From assembly GCA_009779405.1 (NCBI GenBank), contig WREI01000001.1:15013-79012 (forward strand): 64,000 nucleotides of DNA, read 5' to 3'. Below the pieces are notes generated by a model that made no database searches, was not told where the DNA came from, and saw only the letters and a program-made list of their open reading frames with translations. Positions 36,434 to 47,116 of this stretch are shown here, in pieces. The DNA is from Clostridiales bacterium (GTDB lineage Bacteria; Bacillota; Clostridia; Christensenellales; CAG-138). Every line of letters begins with the position of its first letter. Position 1 is the stretch's first letter. A program made the position numbers and the translations under genes.

Positions 36434-37243
36434 ATGACCATTTGGATCGCCCTGCTCCTTGGCGTTGTGCAGGGGCTCTGCGAATTTCTGCCCGTTTCCA
36501 GCTCGGGGCATCTGCTCCTGCTTTCCAAGCTCTTTGGCGTGGAGGAGGGCGGCGCGTTCTTTACCGTGATGCTGCATTTGGCGACCCTGGTGGCCGTTTG
36601 CATTGTGTATCGCAAGACATTGTGGGAGCTGCTGAAAAAGCCCATACAGAAACTGACGGGCATGCTGATTTTGGCGACCGTCCCCACAGTCATTTTCGCG
36701 CTGCTGCTGAAAAAGGTCGCGGGCGGCTTTTATGCCGATATGCAGGACGGCTCTTACTTGGGTGTGGCGTTTTTGCTCACCTCCGTGCTGCTCCTGATCT
36801 GCGATGCGCTGATGGCCAAGGGGGCAGAGGGGCGGCGCGACCTCTCACAGATCAAAGTGAAGGACGCGCTGATTATCGGCGGTATGCAGTGCATCGGCGT
36901 GTTTCCGGGGGTATCGCGCTCGGGTTCCACCATCACGAGCGCGGTGTCTTCGGGCTTGGACCGCAAGGCGGCGGCGGATTTCTCATTTCTGATGTCCATC
37001 CCCGCCATCCTGGGCGGTTTGGTGCTGGAAGCCTGGGACGCCAAGGACGCAATATTGGCGGGCAATCTCGGCGTACCCATCCCCGCGCTGCTGGTGGGCA
37101 TGCTGGCCGCGGGTCTGACCGGGTACTTTGCCGTGCGCTTTATGATCCGCCTGATCACCAAGCGCAAGCTTTGGGGCTTCGCGATTTATACGGCCCTGCT
37201 GGGCGCGGCGGTGATTGTGTTGCAGTTGATAGGGAAGGTTTAA
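36434..37243 (+). CDS. uppP: Undecaprenyl-diphosphate phosphatase
   Basis: VVQGLCEFLPVSSSGHL and PGVSRSGSTI BacA motifs. RBS GGAGG. Confidence 0.9.
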   Translation: MTIWIALLLGVVQGLCEFLPVSSSGHLLLLSKLFGVEEGGAFFTVMLHLATLVAVCIVYRKTLWELLKKPIQKLTGMLILATVPTVIFALLLKKVAGGFYADMQDGSYLGVAFLLTSVLLLICDALMAKGAEGRRDLSQIKVKDALIIGGMQCIGVFPGVSRSGSTITSAVSSGLDRKAAADFSFLMSIPAILGGLVLEAWDAKDAILAGNLGVPIPALLVGMLAAGLTGYFAVRFMIRLITKRKLWGFAIYTALLGAAVIVLQLIGKV

Positions 37244-37261
37244 AATAAGGAATAGGTAAGA

Positions 37262-37320
37262 AGGAATAATGCAGAAATGAACGCATACATACCTCTCTGC
37301 ATTCTGCATTATTACTTATT
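37262..37320 (+). repeat. Hairpin repeat family, copy 3
   Basis: ATAATGCAGA...CCTCTCTGCATTCTGCATTATTACTTAT. The left arm is degenerate. Confidence 0.75.
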
Positions 37321-37340
37321 ACTTCACGAAAGGATAACCC

Positions 37341-37598
37341 ATGAGATTAGATAAGTATTTGAAAGTCTCCCGCCTGATCAAGCGCCGTTCCGTGGCGAAC
37401 GACGCCGCAAGCGCGGGGCGTATCGCCGTGAACGGCAAGACCGCCAAGCCCGCGACCGATGTAAAGGCGGGCGATGTGCTGGATATTCTGATGGGCGGGC
37501 GGCATGTGCTGGTGCGCGTGCTGGCGACGCCCGAATATACGCGCAAGGAAGACGCCGAGAGCATGTATTGCGTGGTGGAAAATGGCGAGCTGTTGTAG
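37341..37598 (+). CDS. rqcP: S4-domain RNA-binding protein, YabO/RqcP-like
   Basis: [45 protein letters not shown] closely parallels B. subtilis YabO ([16 protein letters not shown]...). 85 aa. Confidence 0.75.
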   Translation: MRLDKYLKVSRLIKRRSVANDAASAGRIAVNGKTAKPATDVKAGDVLDILMGGRHVLVRVLATPEYTRKEDAESMYCVVENGELL

Positions 37599-38712
37599 GG
37601 CCGTCGGCATCCTCCTGTGTGCCGGCGGGTCTTCGCGCATGGGCTTTGATAAGCTGATTACACCACTCTGCGGACAGGTTCCCCTGCTGCGCAGTTTGGA
37701 TGCGCTGCTTGCAGGGGGATGCACCGAAATTGTCGCAAGTGTGAACGCGGATACGCGGGCGTTTTTGGAGCCTTATCTTGAAATATATCCTTTGCGCTTG
37801 GCGGAAGGCGGGGAAACGCGCTTTGATTCCGTACATAACGCGCTGGCCGTTGCAACGGGCGATATTGCCGTGATTCACGATGCGGCGCGCTGTATGAATG
37901 GTGCAAATTTGGTACAGGTCTGCATTGCGGCCGCTGTACAATATGGCAGCGGCGTGGCGGCCATCTCTATGACGGATACCGTGTTGCGGCAGGAGGGCGC
38001 GGATTTTACGCCTGTGCCGCGCGAAACGCTCTGGCGTATGCAAACCCCGCAGGCGTTTCGGTTGGATGGGATACGGGCGGCGTATGCGGGGGCGCAGCCC
38101 ATTCACACCGATGACGCATCGGTATGGCTGGCGGCGGGCAATGCGCTCCGATTGGTACCGGGCAGCGAGCGCAACCGCAAGCTGACTGCGCCGGAGGATT
38201 GGGCGTGGGCGGAAGCGGTGTTGGGGGAAAAGCAGCCTTGTACCGTTTTTGGTACAGGTTATGATACGCATGTGCTAGTACCGGAACGCAAATTGGTTCT
38301 GGGCGGCGTGGAAATCCCGTTTGAGAAGGGATTATTGGGGCACAGCGACGCGGATGTACTCTTGCACGCGATTTGTGATGCCATTTTGGGCGCTTGTGCC
38401 TTGGGCGATATCGGCAAGCATTTTCCCGATACAGATGCACGCTTTAAGGGCGCGGACAGCCGCGCGTTGCTCCGTGCCGTGGCAGATATGGTGCAAAAAA
38501 AGGACAAGTGCATTTTACATATAGACGCGACTCTACTCTGCCAACGCCCCAAGCTTGCGCCATATATATTGCGGATGCGGGAAAACATCGCCGCCGACCT
38601 GCATTTGCCCTTGGAAGCTATCTCTGTCAAGGCGACCACCACCGAGGGCATGAACGACGAGGGGCGGGGGTTCTGCATTTCGGCGCAGGCGATTGCGTCT
38701 ATAGGAGGATAA
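37582..38712 (+). CDS. ispDF: Bifunctional IspD/IspF (MEP cytidylyltransferase / MEcPP synthase)
   Basis: N-terminus [12 protein letters not shown]-terminal half GTGYDTHVL...[20 protein letters not shown] (IspF zinc/CDP motifs). Start ATG 37582 chosen; it overlaps the end of rqcP. Confidence 0.85.
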   Translation: MASCCRAVGILLCAGGSSRMGFDKLITPLCGQVPLLRSLDALLAGGCTEIVASVNADTRAFLEPYLEIYPLRLAEGGETRFDSVHNALAVATGDIAVIHDAARCMNGANLVQVCIAAAVQYGSGVAAISMTDTVLRQEGADFTPVPRETLWRMQTPQAFRLDGIRAAYAGAQPIHTDDASVWLAAGNALRLVPGSERNRKLTAPEDWAWAEAVLGEKQPCTVFGTGYDTHVLVPERKLVLGGVEIPFEKGLLGHSDADVLLHAICDAILGACALGDIGKHFPDTDARFKGADSRALLRAVADMVQKKDKCILHIDATLLCQRPKLAPYILRMRENIAADLHLPLEAISVKATTTEGMNDEGRGFCISAQAIASIGG

Positions 38713-38714
38713 AG

Positions 38715-39365
38715 ATGGAACCGTTGATTTCCGAACGCTTATTTTTACGCGGCATGCAAAACGAGGAATGGCACGCCTTTTGGCGCGGCTTTCAGCCCGA
38801 CGCCATCGCGCATCCCGAACCCTATGCGTATCATGAAGCGCGCTGTGAGAAGATGTTTGAGCATACCGTGGAGCGGGCCACCTGGTATCCGACCTTCGGC
38901 ATCTTTCTGAAAGGGACGGGCGAACCGATCGGCACCATTCAATTGAAACGTATTATACCAAAAAAGCACCAATGTGAATTCGGGATTATGCTGCGCGATG
39001 ATAGCGTAAAGGGCAAGGGCTATGGCAGCGAAGCGGCGGCCACAATCTTCCCCTTTGCATTCTCGCATTACGGTCTGAAACGCATCTACGCCGACACGTT
39101 CGGCACGAACAAACGCATGCAGCACCTGCTGCCCAAGTGGGGCTTCCGCTATATCTCCACCTATCGCAGACATTTCAAGACGTCGCGGGGCCGCATAGAT
39201 CGTATGAATTATGTGTTGGTGCAAAAATGGTACCATATGCGCCTGCGGGATTATCGCCTGTTCGCGTTCCTGCCCGCTGCGGTTCTGAATTTGCGGCAGT
39301 GGGCGTATTTGCAACGCGCTGCGGTACGGCAACATAAAGCTGATGAAATACAGAAAAAGGGATAG
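38715..39365 (+). CDS. GNAT-family (RimJ/RimL-like) N-acetyltransferase
   Basis: Start MEPLISERLFLRG behind AGGAGGA. KGKGYGSEAAATIF motif. Confidence 0.75.
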   Translation: MEPLISERLFLRGMQNEEWHAFWRGFQPDAIAHPEPYAYHEARCEKMFEHTVERATWYPTFGIFLKGTGEPIGTIQLKRIIPKKHQCEFGIMLRDDSVKGKGYGSEAAATIFPFAFSHYGLKRIYADTFGTNKRMQHLLPKWGFRYISTYRRHFKTSRGRIDRMNYVLVQKWYHMRLRDYRLFAFLPAAVLNLRQWAYLQRAAVRQHKADEIQKKG

Positions 39366-39420
39366 CGAGAAAGATGTGAAAACGCCGATTGAAGACAGTT
39401 CTCTCGTCTCTTGACTTCTG

Positions 39421-40725
39421 CTACTGCAAATCGCTTTCCATGCGGGTCAATTTCTGACTGAAAAAACCACATAAGCAAATTATCGCTCCGGTGATTCCGG
39501 TGATCAGAAACATCAACGCCATACCTGATCCTTTTTCGCTTCCGAGAAGCATGTTGAATATGGTGTTGTCATTTGCCATAAACGGTTCTAATATATTGTC
39601 CACAAATAAACCACCCAAAATCATGCCGAGCGGAATGCTGCCTGCTTGTACTGCGTATTTTATGGAAAAAGCCCGTCCGTGCATTTCCAACGGAATGGAG
39701 CGCCGCCAAATATAATTCTCGTTAGCAGCATATGGAGGAATCAAAATATTAGAAAAAAATCCGGCCGCAACCCATATCCATATGGAGGATCCCAAGGCAA
39801 AAGAAAGGTCGCCAAGTACAAAGCTCAACCCGCAGCAGAGGAACATCGTTTTGACTTTGCTTTTCGGTGTAGGCAAAAGCGCAATCAAAAATCCACCCAC
39901 AATGCTGCCAATGCCCATACCGCTGTTGACGAGTGCTACCGCTTGGGCATTGTTATTTGTCTTCAGCAAAATCATAGGGGAGATCAGATTGAAATACGTA
40001 ATACCCGCTATAAAATTAATGAAAACATGGAAAAGCGTAAGCAGACGTAATATCGGCTTGCGAAACACGGCGTAAACGCCTTCGCGCAAGTCGCAAAAAT
40101 ATCGCCGATAATCAAACCGCGCCTTCTCGGGCAAAATGTGCGCGGGTATTTTTACAAGGAACAACAGCGTACCGCAAGCAAACAACATCGTAATAAAGTC
40201 AAATGCAATAACGCCGTTCATTCCCGTAATAACCAACATAGCCGCCGCCAAAACAGGAGAAAGAATCTGCACAGTTCCGTCAGCGAAAGACTGTAACCCA
40301 CCCGCTTTTACAAGGTATTCTTTGGGTACAAGCAAACTGGTCATCACCGCGCCGGCAGGGTTTTGAAAGCTTCCCAAAACGCTTGTGATAAAATTAAGCA
40401 CATATATATGCCAGATCTCCAGATTCCCGCCCAATAATAAGAAAAACAAAGTCAGAGTACATAATCCGGCAGTTAAGTCTGATAATAGTATAACTGTTTT
40501 TTTGTTAAGCCTGTCAATAAACGGTGATGCAAAAAAACCACCAATCATTCGAGGCAGCATTACCAGCACGCCCGAAATGGAAAGGGTTAATACGCTCCCC
40601 GTTTTTTGATACGCCCAAATAGTGATGGCAAAGCTCGTCATCGAACTTCCCAAAGACGATACAAACTGCCCAAACCAGTACAGAATAAAGTTTTTCTGCT
40701 TTAACATTGTCAATCTCCTTTTCAT
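39421..40725 (-). CDS. MFS transporter
   Basis: About 12 hydrophobic segments. N-terminus NFILYWFGQFVSSLGSSMTSFA is typical of the EntS/macrolide-efflux-like MFS clade. GC visibly lower than the flanks. Confidence 0.85.
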   Translation of the reverse strand: MKRRLTMLKQKNFILYWFGQFVSSLGSSMTSFAITIWAYQKTGSVLTLSISGVLVMLPRMIGGFFASPFIDRLNKKTVILLSDLTAGLCTLTLFFLLLGGNLEIWHIYVLNFITSVLGSFQNPAGAVMTSLLVPKEYLVKAGGLQSFADGTVQILSPVLAAAMLVITGMNGVIAFDFITMLFACGTLLFLVKIPAHILPEKARFDYRRYFCDLREGVYAVFRKPILRLLTLFHVFINFIAGITYFNLISPMILLKTNNNAQAVALVNSGMGIGSIVGGFLIALLPTPKSKVKTMFLCCGLSFVLGDLSFALGSSIWIWVAAGFFSNILIPPYAANENYIWRRSIPLEMHGRAFSIKYAVQAGSIPLGMILGGLFVDNILEPFMANDNTIFNMLLGSEKGSGMALMFLITGITGAIICLCGFFSQKLTRMESDLQ

Positions 40726-40935
40726 TTACATTTTGATTGAAAAGAAGCTGCAATGACGGTTGCATTATACTCCTACAGTCACCGCGCTTCTGCAGGAGTC
40801 GACACATTCACGGTAGTTTCATGTTTTCTTTCTTTTAGCATAGTAAGCTCTCCGACAATAGTTATGATTTTCTGCGCTTATTATAAACCCTATCTCCTGC
40901 AAGACGCAAGGTCTTTACTGCAACCCTAATTTTAA

Positions 40936-40975
40936 CGAACAAATGTTTGCTTTTTCCCTGCGCCTATGATATAAT
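40936..40975 (+). promoter_or_regulatory. uvrA promoter with overlapping LexA (Cheo/SOS) box
   Basis: CGAACAAATGTTTG (40936-49) compares with consensus CGAACnnnnGTTCG (1 mismatch). It overlaps -35 TTGCTT (40947-52). Extended -10 TGaTATAAT (40967-75). Confidence 0.55.
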
Positions 40976-41012
40976 ACATTTGAGAAAAAGCAAAAGAGAA
41001 GACTACTTCTAT

Positions 41013-43910
41013 ATGAACGACATTATCATCCGCGGCGCACGGGAGAATAACCTCAAAAACATAGACCTCACCCTGCCCCGCAATAAGCTGATTGTGCTGA
41101 CCGGCGTATCGGGCAGCGGCAAGAGCTCGCTGGCCTTTGACACCCTCTATGCCGAGGGGCAGCGGCGCTATATGGAGAGTTTGTCCTCCTATGCCCGTAT
41201 GTTTATCGGGCAGATGGAAAAGCCGGATGTCGACAAGATTGACGGGCTCTCCCCTGCCATCTCCATAGACCAGAAGAGCACGGGCCACAACCCGCGCTCG
41301 ACCGTCGGCACCGTGACAGAGATTCACGACTATCTGCGCCTTCTCTATGCGCGCTGCGGCGTGCCGCATTGTCCCGACTGCGGGCGGGAGATTCAGAAGC
41401 AGACCATAGACCAGGTGGTGGATCAGGTGCTCCGCTTGCCCGAGGGCACGCGGATTCAGATCATCGCGCCGATCGTCCGCGCCCGCAAGGGGGAACACGA
41501 GCGCGTGTTCGCCCGCCTGCAAAAGGAGGGCTTTGTGCGCGTGCGCGTGGACGGGGAGATATTCGATATCAGCGAAGTCCCCGCGTTAGACAAGAAATTT
41601 AAGCATACCGTGGAAGCGGTGATCGACCGCTTGGTTGTGAAGCCGGAGATTGTTTCGCGGTTGACGGAATCGTTGGAAACGGCGTTTCGGCTGGCCGATA
41701 ATCTCGCTATCGTGTCTGCTTTACTTCCGGCAGTCAGCTCGGAATCAAGCGCACCCCATACCGATTCGTCAGTTGCGGACGCGGCAAACCATCCGAATAC
41801 CCCCGAACCCACCTGGCAAGACACCCTCTATTCCCAAAACTACGCCTGCGCGGACTGCGGCGTATCCTTGGAGGAGCTGACGCCGCGCGCGTTTTCCTTC
41901 AACAGCCCCTTCGGTGCCTGCCCCGAATGCAGCGGCTTGGGCAATCTGTTTAAGATTGACCCCGATTTGATTATCCCCGACCAAGGCAAGAGCCTGTCCG
42001 AGGGCGCGGTGACGGTGAACGGCTGGAAGAGCACGAACGAGAGCAGCTTTACGGGTACCTATTTCCACGCGCTGACGCGGCGCTATGGCGGGGAGCTGAC
42101 AACCCCCTTCCGCGAGCTGCCAGAGGCGACGAAGGATGCCCTGTTATACGGCTCCAAAAAGGAAAAGTTGGAGCTGCACTATGAGGGCGGCACCTGGTGG
42201 GGCGTGTTTGAGGGACTGGTTCCCAATTTGGAGCGGCGCTATAAGGAAACGCAGAGCGAATACAGCAAGCGCGAGATTGAGGCGCATATGTCCATGAAGC
42301 CCTGCCCGCTCTGCCGGGGGCAGCGGTTGAAAAAGGAGAGCCGCGCGGTGACTGTGGGCGGTATGAATCTGGCGGAGCTCTCCGCCCTTCCCGTGCTCTC
42401 CGCGCGCGCTCACCTGGCGGACTTGCGCCTGTCGCAGACGCACAGTATCATCGCCGCGCCGCTGTTGCGCGAATTGGGCGCGCGACTGGGCTTTTTGGAA
42501 AACGTAGGCTTGGGCTATCTCACCCTGTCGCGCGCCGCAAGCACGCTTTCGGGCGGCGAGGCCCAGCGCATACGCCTTGCAACGCAGATAGGCAGCGGCT
42601 TGGTGGGCGTGCTGTATATATTGGACGAGCCGAGCATAGGCCTGCACCAGCGGGACAATCAGAAGCTGATCACGACCTTGAAGGGTCTGCGCGATTTGGG
42701 CAATACGGTCATTGTCGTGGAGCACGACGAAGAGACCATGCGCAGTGCAGACTACTTGGTGGACATCGGTTCCGGCGCGGGCACGCACGGCGGCCAGGTT
42801 GTGGCGCAGGGTACGCCGCAGGAGGTGATGGACAACCCCGATTCTCTGACGGGGCTCTATCTCTCGGGCGTAAAGAAAATAGATATCCCCAACGCGCGGC
42901 GCGCGGGCAGCGGGAATATCCTGACGGTGCGCAATGCGCGCGCGAATAACCTGAAAAATATCACAGTGGACATCCCTCTGGCGAAATTTGTGTGTGTTAC
43001 GGGTGTCTCGGGCAGCGGCAAGAGCAGTTTGGTCAACGAGATCATCAAGAAATCCCTGTTGCGCAGTCTGAACCGCGCAAACAGTGTTGCGGGCCCGCAC
43101 GACGGCATAGACGGCATTGCCGCGTTGGACAAGGTGGTGGATATCGACCAAAGCCCCATCGGACGCACACCGCGCAGCAACCCCGCGACCTATGTGGGGC
43201 TGTTCGACCTGATCCGCGAACTGTTTTCGCAGACGCCCGACGCGAAGATGCGCGGCTATGGGCCGGGGCGCTTCAGCTTCAATGTCAAGGGCGGGCGCTG
43301 CGAACACTGCGGCGGCGACGGTATCCAGAAGATTGAGATGCACTTTTTGCCGGATATCTATGTCCCCTGCGAGGTCTGCCGCGGCAAGCGCTACAACCGC
43401 GAAACCCTCGAGGTGCGCTATAAGGGCAAGAATATCCACGAGATTTTAGAAATGACCATTGAGGAAGCCTTGACCTTTTTCGGCAGTCAGAGCCGCCTGA
43501 AAAACAAGCTGCAAACCCTCTTTGACGTGGGCTTGGGCTATGTGAAATTGGGCCAGCCCAGCACCCAGCTCAGCGGCGGCGAAGCCCAGCGCGTGAAATT
43601 GGCATCCGAACTCTCCCGCCGCAACACGGGCCGCACGCTCTATATCCTCGACGAGCCGACCACGGGCCTGCACGCGGACGATGTCAGCCGTCTGCTGCAA
43701 GTGCTCCACCTCTTGGCCGACAGCGGTTCCACCGTACTGGTCATCGAGCACAACCTCGACGTGATCAAGACGGCGGATCATATCATCGACCTCGGCCCCG
43801 AGGGCGGCGACGAGGGCGGGCAAATCGTATGCACGGGCACGCCGGAAGAGGTGGCGGCGTTTGACGGGAGCTATACGGGGGCGTTTTTAATGGGGGTGTT
43901 GGAAGTGTAG
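41013..43910 (+). CDS. uvrA: Excinuclease ABC subunit A
   Basis: [19 protein letters not shown], two ABC modules ([10 protein letters not shown] twice, LSGGEAQR twice), zinc fingers CPDCG and CEHCGGDG. Confidence 0.95.
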   Translation: MNDIIIRGARENNLKNIDLTLPRNKLIVLTGVSGSGKSSLAFDTLYAEGQRRYMESLSSYARMFIGQMEKPDVDKIDGLSPAISIDQKSTGHNPRSTVGTVTEIHDYLRLLYARCGVPHCPDCGREIQKQTIDQVVDQVLRLPEGTRIQIIAPIVRARKGEHERVFARLQKEGFVRVRVDGEIFDISEVPALDKKFKHTVEAVIDRLVVKPEIVSRLTESLETAFRLADNLAIVSALLPAVSSESSAPHTDSSVADAANHPNTPEPTWQDTLYSQNYACADCGVSLEELTPRAFSFNSPFGACPECSGLGNLFKIDPDLIIPDQGKSLSEGAVTVNGWKSTNESSFTGTYFHALTRRYGGELTTPFRELPEATKDALLYGSKKEKLELHYEGGTWWGVFEGLVPNLERRYKETQSEYSKREIEAHMSMKPCPLCRGQRLKKESRAVTVGGMNLAELSALPVLSARAHLADLRLSQTHSIIAAPLLRELGARLGFLENVGLGYLTLSRAASTLSGGEAQRIRLATQIGSGLVGVLYILDEPSIGLHQRDNQKLITTLKGLRDLGNTVIVVEHDEETMRSADYLVDIGSGAGTHGGQVVAQGTPQEVMDNPDSLTGLYLSGVKKIDIPNARRAGSGNILTVRNARANNLKNITVDIPLAKFVCVTGVSGSGKSSLVNEIIKKSLLRSLNRANSVAGPHDGIDGIAALDKVVDIDQSPIGRTPRSNPATYVGLFDLIRELFSQTPDAKMRGYGPGRFSFNVKGGRCEHCGGDGIQKIEMHFLPDIYVPCEVCRGKRYNRETLEVRYKGKNIHEILEMTIEEALTFFGSQSRLKNKLQTLFDVGLGYVKLGQPSTQLSGGEAQRVKLASELSRRNTGRTLYILDEPTTGLHADDVSRLLQVLHLLADSGSTVLVIEHNLDVIKTADHIIDLGPEGGDEGGQIVCTGTPEEVAAFDGSYTGAFLMGVLEV

Positions 43911-44071
43911 TACTTCGCGACAACATAAAGTTGACGAACACTGAAAAAGGAAAAGCACGAAAGATATGAAAACTCTAATTGAAGACGGTTCCCTTTCGCG
44001 TCTTTTCGCGCTTTTCGCGGTTCATGGAATGCGCGTATTCACGGGATGTCGGGGTGTTTGGATTCTTGTGT

Positions 44072-44164
44072 AGGGGCGCGATAAATCGCGCCCTGATGGA
44101 GTCAAAGGCTGCCCGGTTTGAGTGAGTGTTAGAGAGTTGCAGGGCGCGATAAAATCGCACCCCT
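44072..44164. repeat. REP-like GC-rich palindromes
   Basis: AGGGGCGCGATAAATCGCGCCCT (44072-94) and AGGGCGCGATAAAATCGCACCCCT (44141-64). A partial inverted copy GGTGCGATTTTGATGGG sits near 44215. Confidence 0.6.
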
Positions 44165-44298
44165 ATCGCATGTCCATGCGCAGTCTTGCCGAGAGCCTAA
44201 ATGCCACCGTGTTCGGTGCGATTTTGATGGGTAGGATTGTGAATCGGCAGTTCACACCGATAACCCCGAAGTCGCGCAAGGGGCGATTGCAGTGCCCC

Positions 44299-45084
44299 CT
44301 ACGTCTCCCCTTTCGGTAGGATTCGGACGTTGTTGAAAAAATCTCTCACTGTTTGAATCGACACATAAGGAAGGGCTTCCTCAGATAATAATGGTATCCC
44401 CAGAACGAACCATTGAAGCAAAACCGTGCTCTCGGGAGTATCAATCACGCACTTCATTAGCAAGAGACTTTCTGTTTCCACGATGAATATGATCGCAGGA
44501 CAGCCGTCTATGCTTGTGTGTTCAGGCAATAACGCAGATTTGACGGACAGTAAATCAAGCCATTCCTCATCACTCGTGTTCTCAATACCGTTGAGAAGTG
44601 CTTTCGTTAGATCGCTGTCGGTTTCATCATAAATATAAGATTTCATGATTTCCGAAATCGCAATCTCTATACGGCCTTCCGGAAAGGTCCAAGTTGATGA
44701 TATTGCTAGACCGGGCTTTTCGGCGGAAACGGGACCATTCCAACAACCAAGCCCATCTGGCAGTGTGTACATGCAATATGCATTTTTATAGTATACGTCG
44801 ATGGAAGAAATTGTTTTGTTATATCCATTGTAAAACCCCAAATCATCTACAGTTCTAATCGAATCTCCCGCCGCTTTAGCCAAATCACGGAGTCCAATCG
44901 GTTCTATCCATGGTATAGGTGTTGCGGTTGGTTCGGGCGTAGGCTCTTCGGTCGGCACGGCTGTGGGCTCCGCCGTGGCCTCGGCGGGCGGGGCGGTGTT
45001 GGTCTGTGCTTCCTTGGGCGTATCCGCGCAGGCGGCGAGGGTTAGGAGCAGGAGGGCGAGGGTGAGAGCTAAGAACTTTTTCAT
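44299..45084 (-). CDS. Surface lipoprotein (hypothetical), candidate phase-variable gene
   Basis: MKKFLALTLALLLLTLAAC lipobox, Pro/Thr/Glu-rich linker, then a lower-GC globular domain. Confidence 0.65.
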   Translation of the reverse strand: MKKFLALTLALLLLTLAACADTPKEAQTNTAPPAEATAEPTAVPTEEPTPEPTATPIPWIEPIGLRDLAKAAGDSIRTVDDLGFYNGYNKTISSIDVYYKNAYCMYTLPDGLGCWNGPVSAEKPGLAISSTWTFPEGRIEIAISEIMKSYIYDETDSDLTKALLNGIENTSDEEWLDLLSVKSALLPEHTSIDGCPAIIFIVETESLLLMKCVIDTPESTVLLQWFVLGIPLLSEEALPYVSIQTVRDFFNNVRILPKGET

Positions 45085-45121
45085 TTTCCGATGCCTTCTT
45101 TCTTCTATTTACGTTCATATG

Positions 45122-45151
45122 AACTATCAGAAGGTGTAGGTTCTGATAGTT
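45122..45151. repeat. Putative serine-recombinase crossover site A (30-bp palindrome)
   Basis: AACTATCAGAA-GGTGTAGG-TTCTGATAGTT. Confidence 0.6.
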
Positions 45152-45213
45152 GTCTTTTCGGCGAGGTTTTTAATTGAATTGGCGGATATTTTTCCAAGAA
45201 TTATAGAACTTGC

Positions 45214-45243
45214 TTGACAAGAAATGCGATTTAGGTGTATATT
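45214..45243 (+). promoter_or_regulatory. Consensus-like sigma-70 promoter inside the putative invertible segment, currently pointing away from the lipoprotein gene
   Basis: TTGACA (45214-19), 18 nt spacer ending in GTG, TATATT (45238-43). Confidence 0.55.
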
Positions 45244-45257
45244 TTACGGGAATCATC

Positions 45258-45286
45258 CACTATCATAAGGTACACCTTTTGATAGT

Positions 45287-45287
<1 letters not shown>
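45258..45287. repeat. Putative serine-recombinase crossover site B (30-bp near-palindrome, inverted relative to site A)
   Basis: CACTATCATAAGGTACACCTTTTGATAGTT. Its reverse complement matches site A at 25/30, including the central GT. Confidence 0.6.
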
Positions 45288-45898
<611 letters not shown>

Positions 45899-46050
45899 TT
45901 ATGTCCCCTTTTTGATGGGGATTGTAGCAACGCGAAAAAAGGATAACCAGCAACAGCGCGAAAAGGCGCTAAAACTTAGATTCGTGTTTATACCGCTTGA
46001 CCATACAGGTTTAGATATCGTGGTATACTACTACCATAGACCCCAAAAAC

Positions 46051-46060
46051 CTGCTATAAT
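46051..46060 (+). promoter_or_regulatory. Extended -10 element TGCTATAAT 6 nt before the ATG (leaderless geometry)
   Basis: TGcTATAAT at 46052-60, ATG at 46067, no Shine-Dalgarno. Confidence 0.45.
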
Positions 46061-46066
46061 ACCCGC

Positions 46067-47116
46067 ATGAAAAAGAAATTGACAAAAAAACAGCAGCAGA
46101 ATTTGCTGCTTATCCTGCTCGTTGTTTTGGTCTCCATCGCGCTTGTTGCGTTCCTTATCTATGCGCAGAACCATCCCGAACTGTTTGACGGTTATACCGT
46201 TGCGCAGGCCCCGCCGACGGCGACCGCAACCGCGACCTTGGCGCCTACGGACGCGCCGCAGGATACGCCCGCGCCGAAGTTTGGGGATCTGCCGGCCTAT
46301 GCCGACGGCACTTTGCAGGTGCATATGCTCGATGTGGGCGCGGGGGACGCGATCATCCTCATTTCCCCACAGGGCGCGACCATGCTATTGGACGCGGGGG
46401 ATGTGGGCGCGGAGAACGTGATCATCCCCTATCTGGAGGACCTCGGGATTGCGCGCTTGGATATCGTGATGCAGTCGCACAAGCACGCCGATCATATAGG
46501 CGGCATGCAGAAGGTGCTCGAGAGCGGCAAGTTTGAGGTGGGCTGCTATCTGCGCCCCGCGGCGAATGCGGGCAGCGATACCAAGATGTATAAAAATCTG
46601 CTGGCCGCCATCGCAAACATGGGCTGGCCGGATCATCAGCTGTATTTCGGGGACGACGCCGTGCTCGACGCGTGGGACAGCAGCGTTGATTTCACCGTAT
46701 ATTCGCCGATTGAGGGGATGACATACAAGAATCCCAACGATACGAGCATCGTGATGAAGGCCGAATATGGCACCACCTCCATCCTGCTCACGGGCGACGC
46801 CGAGCGCCCGGCGGAGAACGCGATACTCGCCGCATTGACCGACCCATCGGAATTGGCGGCCGATGTGCTGAAGCTGGCGCATCACAGCTCCGAATCCAGC
46901 ACAAGCAAGAATTTCCTGTGGGCCGTCAATCCCGTTTACGCGCTGATCAGCTGTTCCGCGAAGCACGATAACCCCGACGTGGTGATTATGCAGCGCCTGC
47001 GCGACCTCGGCATTTTGGACAGCAACATCTATATCACGCTCTATCAGGGCTGGATTATCACGCGGCTCGATGGGGTGAATATCACATTTACGACCGAAAA
47101 GGAGTATGCGCCTTGA
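46067..47116 (+). CDS. Membrane-anchored metallo-beta-lactamase-fold protein (ComEC C-terminal-domain-like)
   Basis: TM anchor, LQVHMLDVGAGDAIIL, SHKHADHIGG (HxHxDH), LKLAHHSS. Confidence 0.75.
   Translation: MKKKLTKKQQQNLLLILLVVLVSIALVAFLIYAQNHPELFDGYTVAQAPPTATATATLAPTDAPQDTPAPKFGDLPAYADGTLQVHMLDVGAGDAIILISPQGATMLLDAGDVGAENVIIPYLEDLGIARLDIVMQSHKHADHIGGMQKVLESGKFEVGCYLRPAANAGSDTKMYKNLLAAIANMGWPDHQLYFGDDAVLDAWDSSVDFTVYSPIEGMTYKNPNDTSIVMKAEYGTTSILLTGDAERPAENAILAALTDPSELAADVLKLAHHSSESSTSKNFLWAVNPVYALISCSAKHDNPDVVIMQRLRDLGILDSNIYITLYQGWIITRLDGVNITFTTEKEYAP

Noticed and set aside
42144-43439. 431-aa minus-strand ORF inside uvrA. Similar long antisense ORFs occur at 47692..48630, 49694..50776, 51654..52745, 33762..34934, 34787..35974, 37378..38271, 7433..8305 and 14555..15463.
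   Set aside because: All lie opposite genes with unambiguous family motifs, and all have Arg/Ala/Gly/His-rich junk composition. They are shadow ORFs.
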